Shown here one piece after another: positions 38,302-47,790 of a DNA stretch of 64,000 nt. The stretch covers positions 7,909 to 71,908 of the forward strand of contig JBCCOW010000010.1 of the NCBI GenBank assembly GCA_039025195.1, written 5' to 3'. How positions within the stretch are numbered: position 1 is the first letter of the stretch; each line of letters begins with the position of its first letter. A model generated the notes under the pieces. That model did not search any database, was not told the origin of the DNA, and saw nothing but the letters and a program-made list of their open reading frames with translations. Source of the stretch: Planctomycetota bacterium (lineage in GTDB: Bacteria > Planctomycetota > Phycisphaerae > Phycisphaerales > Phycisphaeraceae). The position numbers and the translations under genes were made by a program.

Positions 38302-39510
38302 ATGCCCAAGCCCCTCAACGTCGGCCTCATCGGCTCCAAATTCATGGGCCGAACCCACTCCAACGCCTACCTCAAGGCAGGCAAGTTCTTCGACCTTCCG
38401 CGTGACCCGGTGATGCACACCATCGCCGCCCGCGATGCCGAAGACCTCAAGTCCTTCGCACCGCGTTGGGGCTGGCAGAACTGGACGACCGATTGGCGTG
38501 AGCTGGTGCATCACCCCGAGATCGACCTGGTCGATGTGGGCACGCCCAACCACGTGCACCGCGACATGGCGATCGAGGCCCTCGAGGCCGGCAAGCACGT
38601 CGCCTGTGAGAAGCCGCTGGCGAACACGCTCGACGCGGCCCGTGAGATGCTGCAAGCGGCGAAGAAGGCGGCTTCCGGGGGGAAGAAGCAGAAGACCTTC
38701 GTTTGGTACAACTACCGCCGCTGCCCCGCCCTCGCTCTCGCCCACCAGCTTGTGAAGGAAGGCCGACTCGGACGCATCTACCACGTCCGCGCGTTCTATC
38801 TCCAGGACTGGGCCGGCCCCGACACCCCGATGCTATGGCGCTTCAAGGGCAACGTCGCCGGCTCCGGCTCGCTCGGCGATCTCTGCGCCCACTCCATCGA
38901 CGCCGCCCGCTTCGTCACCGGCGACGAGTTCGCCAACGTCAATGGTGCGATCCTCAAGACGTTCATCAAGGAACGCACCGTCCTCGAGGGCGGGGCCGGC
39001 GGCGAAATCTCCGGCCGGGGGGCAAAGACCAAGAAGGCCAAGAAAGCCAAGTCCACCGTCGACGACGCCGCCCTCTTCACCGCCGAGTTCAAGGGCGGTG
39101 CCGTCGCCACCTTCGAGGCCACCCGCCTCTCCACCGGCGACAAGAACGGCAATAAGCTCGAGGTCCACGGCGAGCACGGCGCCATCAAGTTCAACTTCGA
39201 ACGCATGACCGAACTGCAGTGGTACGACAACACCCTCCCCGAGAAGCTCCAGGGCTGGTCTACCATCAACGTCTCCAATGGCGACGCCGGCCATCCCTAC
39301 GCCCACGCCTGGTGGCCCACCGCCCACGCCATCGGCTATGAGCACGGCTTCATCAATCAGGCCGCGGACATGTGCCTCGCCCTGTCCAACCGCAAGCCCG
39401 TCGTCCCCATCCCCGACTTCGCCGACGCCTACCAGACCCAACGCGTCCTCGAAGCCGTCACCCTCTCCGCAAAGCACCGCAGCCCGGTGAAGCTCTCCGA
39501 AGTGAAGTAA
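38302..39510 (+). CDS. Gfo/Idh/MocA-family NAD(P)-dependent oxidoreductase
   Basis: 402 aa. N-terminal Rossmann region LNVGLIGSKFMGRTHSNAY and the EKP motif (HVACEKPLA). Confidence 0.85.
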   Translation: MPKPLNVGLIGSKFMGRTHSNAYLKAGKFFDLPRDPVMHTIAARDAEDLKSFAPRWGWQNWTTDWRELVHHPEIDLVDVGTPNHVHRDMAIEALEAGKHVACEKPLANTLDAAREMLQAAKKAASGGKKQKTFVWYNYRRCPALALAHQLVKEGRLGRIYHVRAFYLQDWAGPDTPMLWRFKGNVAGSGSLGDLCAHSIDAARFVTGDEFANVNGAILKTFIKERTVLEGGAGGEISGRGAKTKKAKKAKSTVDDAALFTAEFKGGAVATFEATRLSTGDKNGNKLEVHGEHGAIKFNFERMTELQWYDNTLPEKLQGWSTINVSNGDAGHPYAHAWWPTAHAIGYEHGFINQAADMCLALSNRKPVVPIPDFADAYQTQRVLEAVTLSAKHRSPVKLSEVK

Positions 39511-39522
39511 CCCGGCCTGCTC

Positions 39523-40581
39523 ATGGACCTCCGGCACCTAAGCATTCTTGACACGCACCAGTCGCGCGCGATCACGCCCGAGAACTTCACCGGTGAGAAG
39601 GGCAAGGGGGCGATGGCCACGACCGGCACCGGGGCCCACGCCGCCCGCGACCTCGGTCCCGGCTGGAAGGTCTCTCCCTCTGTCCAGATCGAGCCGGGCC
39701 AGACCTTCACCCTCGCCGACATCACCGGCCCCGGCTGCATCGAGCAGGTGTGGATGACCCTCCGCGGCACCTGGCGTTTCGCCATCCTCCGCATCTACTG
39801 GGACGATCAGGAGCAGCCGTCCGTCGAGTGCCCGCTCGGCGACTTCTTCGCTTGTGGCTGGGGCCAGTTCTCCCCCGTCTCTTCGCTCGCCGTCTGCGTT
39901 AACCCAGGCAGCGCCTTCAACTGCTACTGGCCGATGCCGTTCCGGCATAGCTGCCGCGTTACCCTCGAGAACCTCGAAGAGCAGCCCCACACGCTCTACT
40001 ACCAGATCAACTACGCCGAGGGCGAGCAGCCGCCCGACGCCGCCTACTTCCACGCCCAGTTCCGCCGCGTCAACCCGCTGCCCTACAAGCAGGACTACAC
40101 CATCCTCGAGGGCGTCGCCGGCCGAGGCCGATACGCCGGGACCTACCTCGCTTGGGGCGTCAACCACTCCGGCTGGTGGGGCGAGGGCGAGGTCAAGTTC
40201 TTCCTCGACGGCGACACCGAACACCCCACCCTCTGCGGCACCGGCACCGAGGACTACTTCTGCGGCTCCTACAACTTCGAGAACAAGCAGACCCACCAAT
40301 ACCAGGAATACACCACGCCCTACGCCGGCCTGCCCCAGGTGCTCCGGCCCGACGGCCTCTACCGATCGCAGACCCGTTTCGGTATGTACCGCTGGCACCT
40401 CACCGACCCCGTTCGCTTCCGGCAGGACCTCCGCGTCACCGTCCAGGCCCTCGGCTGGCGCAGCGGCCAGCGCTACCTGCCCCGCCAGGACGACATCGCC
40501 TCCGTCGCCTACTGGTACCAGACCCTCCCCACCGTATCGTTCCCCGCCCTGCCCGACAAGGACCACCTCGAAGTGATCTAG
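39523..40581 (+). CDS. DUF2961 (GH172-like) domain protein
   Basis: 352 aa. ITGPGCIEQVWMT and GTGTEDYFCGSYNF are typical of DUF2961. Confidence 0.8.
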   Translation: MDLRHLSILDTHQSRAITPENFTGEKGKGAMATTGTGAHAARDLGPGWKVSPSVQIEPGQTFTLADITGPGCIEQVWMTLRGTWRFAILRIYWDDQEQPSVECPLGDFFACGWGQFSPVSSLAVCVNPGSAFNCYWPMPFRHSCRVTLENLEEQPHTLYYQINYAEGEQPPDAAYFHAQFRRVNPLPYKQDYTILEGVAGRGRYAGTYLAWGVNHSGWWGEGEVKFFLDGDTEHPTLCGTGTEDYFCGSYNFENKQTHQYQEYTTPYAGLPQVLRPDGLYRSQTRFGMYRWHLTDPVRFRQDLRVTVQALGWRSGQRYLPRQDDIASVAYWYQTLPTVSFPALPDKDHLEVI

Positions 40582-40683
40582 CCCACACTTCAGGCTCACC
40601 GTCGCACCACACCACGCCGCGAAACGGGCTATCTTCTCCGACCCGACTCAAACCGTTTTTGCCCGACCCAAAAGAGGACCCCC

Positions 40684-41733
40684 ATGCCCAAGATCGTGAA
40701 GTACGGCGTCATCGGCGGTGGCGCAATCGCCCAGCGCCGCCACCTCCCCGAGATCCACGCCCACCCCGACTCCGAAGTCGTTGCCATCGCCGACCCCGTC
40801 AAGGACCGCGTTAAGGCCCTCGGTGAGGAGTACGACGCTCAGCCGTTCCGTGACTACAAGCAGATGCTCGAGCTCAAGGAGATCGATGCGGTCGTCGTCG
40901 CGGGCCCCAACGCCCTGCACGCACCGATGACGGTCGACGCCCACAAAGCCGGCAAGCACGTGCTCTGCGAGAAGCCGATGGCCGGCACGCGGGCCGAGGC
41001 CAAGAAGATGATCGCGGCGGCGAAGAAGGCGCGGAAGTACCTCATGATCGGCATGAACCAACGCCTCATGTCGCCCCACGCCAAGGCCAAGGAAGTCCTC
41101 GACACCGGCAAGCTCGGCAAGGTGCTCACCTTCGAGACCACCTTCAAGCACCCCGGGCCCGACGGCTGGTCCGTCGATGGCGCGTCGTCCTGGTTTTTCA
41201 AGAAGGGCCCCGCCGTCATGGGCGTCTGTGGCGACCTGGGCATCCACAAGGCCGACCTGCTCCGTTTCCTCCTCGGCGAGGAGATCACCAAGGTCGCTGG
41301 CTCCGTCCGCACGCTCCACAAGAAGCAGCCCAACGGCAAGCCCATCCCCGTCGATGACAACGCCTTCTTCACGCTCGAAACCGCCTCCGGCGCACTCGGC
41401 ACCATGACGATCTCCTGGACCAACTACGGCCGCTTCGAGGACAACGGCACCACCCTCTATTGCGCCAACGGCGTCATGCGGATCGCCTCCGACCCCGAGT
41501 ACGGCGTCATGGTCGATTACGCCAACGGCCAGAAAGAACGCCACATCACCGGGGCGGTCGCCACCAACGAAAGCCAGGTCGGCTCGGGCATCCCCGACAT
41601 GATGACCGCGTCGATCCTCAACCGGCGGAAGCCGGAGATCGACGGCGAAGAGGGTTACAAGGCACTGAACGTCATCCTGACCGCGATCGAGGCCTCGAAG
41701 GAGGGCAAGTCCAAAACGGTTTCTTCCCGCTGA
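40684..41733 (+). CDS. Gfo/Idh/MocA-family NAD(P)-dependent oxidoreductase
   Basis: 349 aa. Contains YGVIGGGAIAQRRH and the EKP motif (HVLCEKPMA). Confidence 0.85.
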   Translation: MPKIVKYGVIGGGAIAQRRHLPEIHAHPDSEVVAIADPVKDRVKALGEEYDAQPFRDYKQMLELKEIDAVVVAGPNALHAPMTVDAHKAGKHVLCEKPMAGTRAEAKKMIAAAKKARKYLMIGMNQRLMSPHAKAKEVLDTGKLGKVLTFETTFKHPGPDGWSVDGASSWFFKKGPAVMGVCGDLGIHKADLLRFLLGEEITKVAGSVRTLHKKQPNGKPIPVDDNAFFTLETASGALGTMTISWTNYGRFEDNGTTLYCANGVMRIASDPEYGVMVDYANGQKERHITGAVATNESQVGSGIPDMMTASILNRRKPEIDGEEGYKALNVILTAIEASKEGKSKTVSSR

Positions 41734-41746
41734 GTCGGCCGGCCGT

Positions 41747-41774
41747 TTGACACCCACGGCCATTGCGATACGCT
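41747..41774 (+). promoter_or_regulatory. Candidate sigma-70-type promoter for tRNA-Asp
   Basis: TTGACA (41747-41752), a 16-nt spacer, then TACGCT (41769-41774). It lies about 50 nt upstream of the tRNA. Confidence 0.35.
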
Positions 41775-41825
41775 AAGCGGCTCGCTGGTAAGCGACCCCA
41801 CCCGCCCCGACCGTGATTCGGATTT

Positions 41826-41899
41826 GGGGGTGTAGCTCAATTGGTTAGAGCATCGGACTGTCGATCCGAAGGTTGCGGGTTCGAGCCCCGTCACCCTCG
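41826..41899 (+). tRNA. tRNA-Asp (anticodon GTC)
   Basis: Hand-folded cloverleaf. Acceptor GGGGGTG/CACCCTC (one G-U), D-arm GCTC/GAGC, and anticodon stem TCGGA/TCCGA. The anticodon loop is CTGTCGA, the T-arm GCGGG-TTCGAGC-CCCGT, and the discriminator G. CCA is not encoded. Confidence 0.9.
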
Positions 41900-41918
41900 C
41901 TTACCCCACTCCTTAACG

Positions 41919-41949
41919 CAGCCCCGCTCCCCGGCGGGGCTGTTTTTTT
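41919..41949 (+). terminator. Intrinsic terminator after tRNA-Asp
   Basis: CAGCCCCGC-TCCCCG-GCGGGGCTG (9-bp stem) followed by TTTTTTT. Confidence 0.75.
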
Positions 41950-42061
41950 ACTGGTACGACTAGGGGCTTCGTCCATGACGATACCCCTCAGTGGGGCATC
42001 CGGATATTCTCTTGGGGTCTGCACGTCACCCCGATGCTTCTCTCGTCCTTCTGAGAACCCC

Positions 42062-42820
42062 ATGCACCGCCGCTTCACCTCTGCTCTGACCGGGTTGTTG
42101 ATCCTGATGGCCGGGGTGTCGGGCTGCGAGACCGACCCGCCGGTGACGTGGTCGCAGTGGCAGCAGACCCCGGTGAAGCCCGACTGGTGGTTGCCCAAGG
42201 CAGACGCGATGCCGCTGCCCCTCGAGAAGCTGACGGTCGAGCCATCCTACTCCGCAGGGTACGAGCCGGGCGACCCCGCACGGGCGGGCAACGGCTTCGA
42301 CCTCGCGCTGCGGCACCCCGACTTCCCCAACACCTTTATCCAAGACGTGTTCATCGACCTCACCGATGGGCGTGCCCACACCCGCATCGTCTGGGCCGGC
42401 CCCGAGGCCGCCGAGCCGATCGACCTGGTTGCCGAACTGGAGCCCACGCCGATCCCGACCGGCCCCTGGCGGGTCAGCGGTGGCCGAGGCGTCCCCGGCA
42501 CCGACTGCAACGACCCCGAAACCTCCAACACCAACGACACCCTATGCACGCCCAAGGGCACGTTCGTCGTCGCAGGCTTCGCCGACCAGCTCTACTCCGT
42601 CCCGACCTGCCACTACGCCACGTGGGTCGTCCACTGGCCCCGCTACATCGCCATCCACTCCCACACCACGATGCCCCGCTACCCCGCCTCGGGCGGCTGC
42701 ATCCGAATGAACTACGGCGTCGCCAAGCTCATCCACAACAACAGCGTTACCGGCGTGACCCGTGTGCACATCGGTGGCCGGTGGAAGCCGCACGACCCAA
42801 TGAGTTCCATGGACTTTTGA
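42062..42820 (+). CDS. L,D-transpeptidase (YkuD-domain) lipoprotein
   Basis: The ATG at 42062 gives the lipobox signal LLILMAGVSGC. Catalytic motif IAIHSHTTMPRYPASGGCIRM. The 5' part of the track ORF overlaps the tRNA. Confidence 0.8.
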   Translation: MHRRFTSALTGLLILMAGVSGCETDPPVTWSQWQQTPVKPDWWLPKADAMPLPLEKLTVEPSYSAGYEPGDPARAGNGFDLALRHPDFPNTFIQDVFIDLTDGRAHTRIVWAGPEAAEPIDLVAELEPTPIPTGPWRVSGGRGVPGTDCNDPETSNTNDTLCTPKGTFVVAGFADQLYSVPTCHYATWVVHWPRYIAIHSHTTMPRYPASGGCIRMNYGVAKLIHNNSVTGVTRVHIGGRWKPHDPMSSMDF

Positions 42821-42873
42821 TCGAGCTTCTTGTGATATAGCCGGGTCGCTACGCGACGCGGCCGTGTATCCGT

Positions 42874-43761
42874 TCACTTCGTGAAATCAACCGGCTCCGG
42901 CGCAGTCGGCGCTTCGCCCGCCTCGACCACCCCCGCACCCACAGGGGCTGCCGCCTCTTCTTCAGCCGGTTCTTCCGCCACGGTCGGCTTCACCAACGGC
43001 ACGAGGAAGATCTCGACCCGCCGGTTCGCTTCTGCCCCACGCGGGCCGTTAGGCACAACAGGCTGGTGCTCGCCGTAGCCCGCGATGCTCAGGCGGCCGT
43101 TGGGGATGCCTTTACGGGTGAAGGCGTCCTTGACGGCGATCGCACGGAACGCCGAGAGCTCCCAGTTGTTGTTGAACCGCCGGCCGGGCCGGGCACGCAC
43201 CCGTACGTTGTCGGTGTGCCCGACGATGCGGACCTCATACGGCTCTGCGGTCGGGTCTTGCAGCACGTCCGCCAGCTTCGCCAGCGCGTCCGCCGCAGCG
43301 GGTCGAAGTTCGATCGAACCGGAGCTGAACGTCAGGTCGCTCCGCAGGCGGATCATGTTCCGCGTCTCGTCCCACTCCATCAGCTCGGGGTTTGCTCGGG
43401 CCAGTGCTTCGAGCTTGCTCGCCAGCTGCACGTCGATGCCTTCCAGCCCCGGCCCGGAGATCGCCGCGATCAGGTCGGCCTCGGCCTTGGTCAGAGCGGC
43501 CTGCAGCGTGGCGATCTGCTGTTCCAGCTGCGCGATGCGTTGTTGGAACGCCGCCTCCCGCGCTTCTTCCGCCGACGCCCCGCTGCGGAGTGCTTCGAGC
43601 TCGTCCTGCAACGCCTGGATCCGGGCCCGCAGCCCGAAGTTGGTTTCTTCCTGGGTCCGGTTGATCTGCAGCAGCTGGTCGTACTCGGATTGCGGCACAC
43701 AGCCGGACAGGGCGGTCACGCCGGCCAACGCCAGCACGAGGGTCAGGGCGGATTTGTTCAT
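42874..43761 (-). CDS. OmpA/MotB-family peptidoglycan-binding lipoprotein with coiled-coil N-terminal region
   Basis: The ATG at 43761 gives LVLALAGVTALSGC. The OmpA_C domain carries VGHTDNV...NWELSAFRA...NRRVEIFL. Confidence 0.85.
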   Translation of the reverse strand: MNKSALTLVLALAGVTALSGCVPQSEYDQLLQINRTQEETNFGLRARIQALQDELEALRSGASAEEAREAAFQQRIAQLEQQIATLQAALTKAEADLIAAISGPGLEGIDVQLASKLEALARANPELMEWDETRNMIRLRSDLTFSSGSIELRPAAADALAKLADVLQDPTAEPYEVRIVGHTDNVRVRARPGRRFNNNWELSAFRAIAVKDAFTRKGIPNGRLSIAGYGEHQPVVPNGPRGAEANRRVEIFLVPLVKPTVAEEPAEEEAAAPVGAGVVEAGEAPTAPEPVDFTK

Positions 43762-43917
43762 CGAAGGGATCCTTGTTCCGGGTGGGGTCACGGCCGGCGC
43801 TGCCGGCTGCCGGAGGTTTGAAGTTGACGGAGTTTAAGGCGAGCGGACGACGCCTGCACCGCACGCGCAGGCCCCAACCGCTTGTGTTACGACTATCGGG
43901 AGCCCCGCGAGCGTCGC

Positions 43918-45135
43918 ATGAATGATGGACCGATAAGCCTGATCCAAGCCCGTGCGGTCCGAGATGCCGTCGGCGTCCGTTTCGATGACGGGGCAGCCAT
44001 CGCTGTCCAGGGCGGCCGCATCCTCGCCGTCGGTCGACCGGCCGACCTCCCCAGCCCAACAGAGGATACGCACGACCTCGGCGACGCGCTAGTCACCCCC
44101 GCACACGTCAACGCCCACGCCCACCTCGAACTCTCCGCGATTGGCTCTCAGCCTTACCCCGGCGACTTCATCCCGTGGGTCACCCTGCTCCGCCAGGCAG
44201 CCCCGCCTGACGATCACGGCTGGTTCGCCAACGCCGCCCGCGATGCCGCCCAGGCCAGCCTCGACGCCGGGGTCGGCACCATCGGTGACATCACGTCAGG
44301 CCTCGATGTCCATCACGCCCGGCAAGCCGCGGGCCTCCACGGCATCACCTTCCTCGAACTCTTCGGGCTCGCCGAGCCTTTCGACCAGCCCGCGCTCGCC
44401 CGCATCCCGCACGTCGTCGCAGCCGATGACGACACCCTCGGCTTCCAGCCGCACGCGCCCTACTCCGCCGGGCCCCGCCTCTTCGCCGCCGCCGCCAAGT
44501 CCAACCGCCCCGTCTGCACCCACCTCGCCGAACTCCCCGAAGAGCTCCGCTTTGTCGCCCACGGCGACGGTCCGTTCCGCGACTTCCTCCAACAACTCGG
44601 CAAGTGGAATGACGCATCCGCCGCCGCCTACGGCCAAGGCCTCTCTCCCGTTGCCTGGATGCGGCCACACCTCGAACAATCGCCCTGGCTCATCGCCCAC
44701 GGCAACTACCTCACCGACGACGACATCGCCATCCTCGCCGGCACTCAAACCTCGGTCGCCTACTGCCCCTTCGCCAGCGCCTACTTCGGCCACACCGATC
44801 ACCGCTACCGCGACCTCCTCGCTGCCGGCGTCAATGTCTGCCTCGGCACCGACTCCATCGTCTGCCAGCCCGCCGACGAACCGCAGCCGCTCGGGCTGCT
44901 GCCTCAGATGCGCTTCCTCCACCAACGCGACGGCACCGACCCTGACACGCTCCTCGCCATGGCCACCACACACGGTGCCACTGCACTCGGACTCCCCCGC
45001 AACACCGCAGCGCTCACCCCCGGTGCCCCCGCCGCGTTCTGTATCACGCCTCTAGTCAACAACCGTATGAACGATCCGTTGGCATCGGTTCTAAACAGTG
45101 ATGAATCCGCAACGGGAATGTTCATCAATGCCTAA
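43918..45135 (+). CDS. Amidohydrolase-superfamily deaminase/chlorohydrolase-like protein
   Basis: Starts at the ATG at 43918. Metal motif HVNAHAHLELS, then later HLAE and GTDS motifs, as in the MtaD / aminofutalosine-deaminase-type family. Confidence 0.75.
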   Translation: MNDGPISLIQARAVRDAVGVRFDDGAAIAVQGGRILAVGRPADLPSPTEDTHDLGDALVTPAHVNAHAHLELSAIGSQPYPGDFIPWVTLLRQAAPPDDHGWFANAARDAAQASLDAGVGTIGDITSGLDVHHARQAAGLHGITFLELFGLAEPFDQPALARIPHVVAADDDTLGFQPHAPYSAGPRLFAAAAKSNRPVCTHLAELPEELRFVAHGDGPFRDFLQQLGKWNDASAAAYGQGLSPVAWMRPHLEQSPWLIAHGNYLTDDDIAILAGTQTSVAYCPFASAYFGHTDHRYRDLLAAGVNVCLGTDSIVCQPADEPQPLGLLPQMRFLHQRDGTDPDTLLAMATTHGATALGLPRNTAALTPGAPAAFCITPLVNNRMNDPLASVLNSDESATGMFINA

Positions 45136-45282
45136 TCGCAGCGCAGCGCACAGCCCGCATGAATCGGGCATTGCTCAAACTAGCGGTTTTTCTGGGTTAG
45201 TAAGCCCACGGGAACATCTCAAGGCGTTGCCGCGTTTGTATAATGCAAGAGCTCTCGAGTCATAGACCGCAAGGAGGCCTGT

Positions 45283-45693
45283 ATGCCGTTTCTCCGCCCG
45301 GCTCATCCGCAGCACGACGCCCCACAGACCGCGGTTGCGGCGGACCACACGCTCCGCCTGCCGTTCTTCTATCGGCCCGTCTGCTTCCCGCACGCCTACA
45401 CCTGGATTGTCTTCCTCTCGGCGATGGATGTCCTGTTCACAAAGGTCGTCCTGGCCCTCGGCGGACGCGAGGTCAACCCCGTGGCCGAGACGGTGATCAA
45501 CGGCTACGGCCTGCCGGGCACCCTCCTATTCAAGTTCACCCTCGTCGTCGGCTTCCTGCTGATCTGCGAATACGTGGGACGCCAGAGCGAATCGACCGGC
45601 CGATTCATGTCCCGCACCGGGCTCGTCATCGCGGCGTTTCCCATCGTCTGGTCCTCGCTCCTGCTCGCCTCGGTCATCACGCTTGCGTGGTGA
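45283..45693 (+). CDS. DUF5658-like small membrane protein
   Basis: 136 aa, preceded by AAGGAGG (45271-45277) and a TATAAT box (45239-45244). Contains FTKVVLALGGREVNP and several TM segments. Confidence 0.5.
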   Translation: MPFLRPAHPQHDAPQTAVAADHTLRLPFFYRPVCFPHAYTWIVFLSAMDVLFTKVVLALGGREVNPVAETVINGYGLPGTLLFKFTLVVGFLLICEYVGRQSESTGRFMSRTGLVIAAFPIVWSSLLLASVITLAW

Positions 45694-45807
45694 GCCTCGG
45701 CCCCATGCGTTCGTCACCACGCTGACCTGGCACGCGGCTTGCCGAGCGGCCGATATAGTCCGCGTGGACCCCTGCATCGCTCCCCCCTCCTGCACCTGCG
45801 ACCCGTC

Positions 45808-47421
45808 ATGACCCAGCCCGACCTCTCGCCCTACGGCATCACCGTCGAAGACATCCGCCACAACCTCGGCCCGGCCCGCTTCTACGAAGACGCCCTCCGT
45901 TTCGAACCCCTCTCCTCGCTCTCCGACTCCGGCGCCCTCATCGCCTACTCCGGCGAGAAGACCGGCCGATCCCCCAAAGACAAACGCGTCGTCCAGCAGC
46001 CCGACTCCCAGGACGACGTCTGGTGGGGCACCGTCAACATCCCCATCGACGACCGCACTTTTCTGATCAACCGCTCCCGCGCGATCGACTACCTCAACAC
46101 CCGCCCCCGCCTCTACGTCGTCGACGCCTTCGCCGGCTGGGACCCCGAGCACCGCCTCAAAGTCCGCGTCATCTGCGAACGCCCGTACCACGCCCTGTTC
46201 ATGTGGACCATGCTGATCCGGCCCACCCCCGAAGAGCTCGCCGACTTCGGCGAACCCGACTGGGTCATCTTCAACGCCGGCCAGTTCCCCGCCAATCCGC
46301 TCACCGCCGGCATGACCTCCACCACCTCCGTCGATCTCAACATCGGCGACCAGCAGTTCGTTATCCTCGGCTCGGGCTACGCCGGCGAAATGAAGAAGGG
46401 CATCTTCACGGTCATGAATTACCTCATGCCCAAGCAAGGCCACCTCTCCATGCACTGCTCCGCCACCTGCGACGAGCACGGCAAAAACACCTCCGTCCTC
46501 TTCGGGCTCTCCGGCACCGGCAAGACCACCCTCTCCGCCGACCCCAACCGCCAACTCGTCGGCGACGACGAACACGTCTGGACCAACAACGGCGTCTTCA
46601 ATATCGAAGGCGGCTGCTATGCCAAGGCCTTGGACCTCTCCGAAGAATCCGAGCCCGCGATCTTCAACGCCCTACGCTTCGGGGCCGTGCTCGAGAACGT
46701 TCGCTTCGAGCCTGAAGACCACCGCGTCGACTTCGGCGACACCTCCATCACCCAGAACACCCGCGCCGCCTACCCCGTCGAGGCCATCGACAACGCCCGC
46801 ATCCCCGGCACCGCCGACCACCCCACCGACATCATCTTCCTCACTTGCGACGCCTTCGGCGTTCTGCCCCCCGTTGCCGAGCTCTCCCCCGAGCAGGCGA
46901 TGTATCACTTCATCTCCGGCTACACCGCCAAGGTCGCCGGCACCGAGATGGGCGTCGTCGAACCCGAAGCCACCTTCTCCCCCTGCTTCGGCGGCCCCTT
47001 CCTCGTCTGGCACCCCGCCAAATATGCCGAGCTCCTCGCCGAAAAGATGAAGCAGCACCAGACGCGTGTCTGGCTGGTCAACACCGGCTGGGCCGGCGGC
47101 ACCGCGTCTTCTGGAGCCAAACGTATTTCGCTCAAGTACTCCCGCGCCATCATCGACGCCATCCACACCCACGCCCTCCGCGAAGTCCAAACCAGCCCCG
47201 ACCCCATCTTCGGTATCGCCGTCCCCGACCACGTCCTCGGCGTCCCCGATGCCATCCTCAAACCGCGAGATGCCTGGGCTGACGCCACGGCATACGACGC
47301 TCAGGCTGCCGACCTCGCCAAGCGCTTTCACGATAACTTCGCCCAGTATGCTGATGGCGTGACTGATGCCGTCCGCGCCGCCGGCCCCGCCAAGCTCCAA
47401 CCCCAGAAAGAACCCGCCTGA
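45808..47421 (+). CDS. pckA: Phosphoenolpyruvate carboxykinase (ATP)
   Basis: Starts at the ATG at 45808 (MTQPDLSPYG). Kinase-1a P-loop GLSGTGKTTLS and the DDEHVW motif. Confidence 0.93.
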   Translation: MTQPDLSPYGITVEDIRHNLGPARFYEDALRFEPLSSLSDSGALIAYSGEKTGRSPKDKRVVQQPDSQDDVWWGTVNIPIDDRTFLINRSRAIDYLNTRPRLYVVDAFAGWDPEHRLKVRVICERPYHALFMWTMLIRPTPEELADFGEPDWVIFNAGQFPANPLTAGMTSTTSVDLNIGDQQFVILGSGYAGEMKKGIFTVMNYLMPKQGHLSMHCSATCDEHGKNTSVLFGLSGTGKTTLSADPNRQLVGDDEHVWTNNGVFNIEGGCYAKALDLSEESEPAIFNALRFGAVLENVRFEPEDHRVDFGDTSITQNTRAAYPVEAIDNARIPGTADHPTDIIFLTCDAFGVLPPVAELSPEQAMYHFISGYTAKVAGTEMGVVEPEATFSPCFGGPFLVWHPAKYAELLAEKMKQHQTRVWLVNTGWAGGTASSGAKRISLKYSRAIIDAIHTHALREVQTSPDPIFGIAVPDHVLGVPDAILKPRDAWADATAYDAQAADLAKRFHDNFAQYADGVTDAVRAAGPAKLQPQKEPA

Positions 47422-47747
47422 TGTCCGAACCGCAAACACAATCCACCACCGACCCAGCCGGCCAGCAGGTTCAGCTCCAGCTCGACCGCAGCAAACAGAC
47501 TACCACCTACGTCAACGCCTTCCACACCCAGATGAACACCGACGAGCTCATCCTCGAGCTTGGGCTTAACGCCGGCCCCGTCCCCGGTGCCGAGCCCCAG
47601 CGGGTGCTTGTCGAGCTCAGTGAGCGGCTGATTCTTTCATATCCCACCGCCAAACGCCTCGCCGCCGCCCTGGTTCAGAACGTTAACCAGTACGAGCAGC
47701 GCTTCGGCGAGATCAAGCCCCCCCAGGCACCGTCATCAGCGACCTGA
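47421..47747 (+). CDS. DUF3467 domain protein
   Basis: 108 aa. The ATG overlaps the pckA stop (TGATG). YVNAFHTQMNTDELILELG is typical of DUF3467. Confidence 0.6.
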   Translation: MSEPQTQSTTDPAGQQVQLQLDRSKQTTTYVNAFHTQMNTDELILELGLNAGPVPGAEPQRVLVELSERLILSYPTAKRLAAALVQNVNQYEQRFGEIKPPQAPSSAT

Positions 47748-47790
47748 TGTCCGCCTACTCCCACCTTCTCTTCACCGCCGCCCCGTAGGC

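Noticed and set aside
45239-45244. TATAAT box upstream of the DUF5658 gene as a defined promoter.
   Set aside because: A perfect -10 hexamer and a good SD (AAGGAGG) are present. No acceptable -35 element occurs at 16-18 nt spacing, so it is noted in the gene evidence but not listed as a promoter feature.
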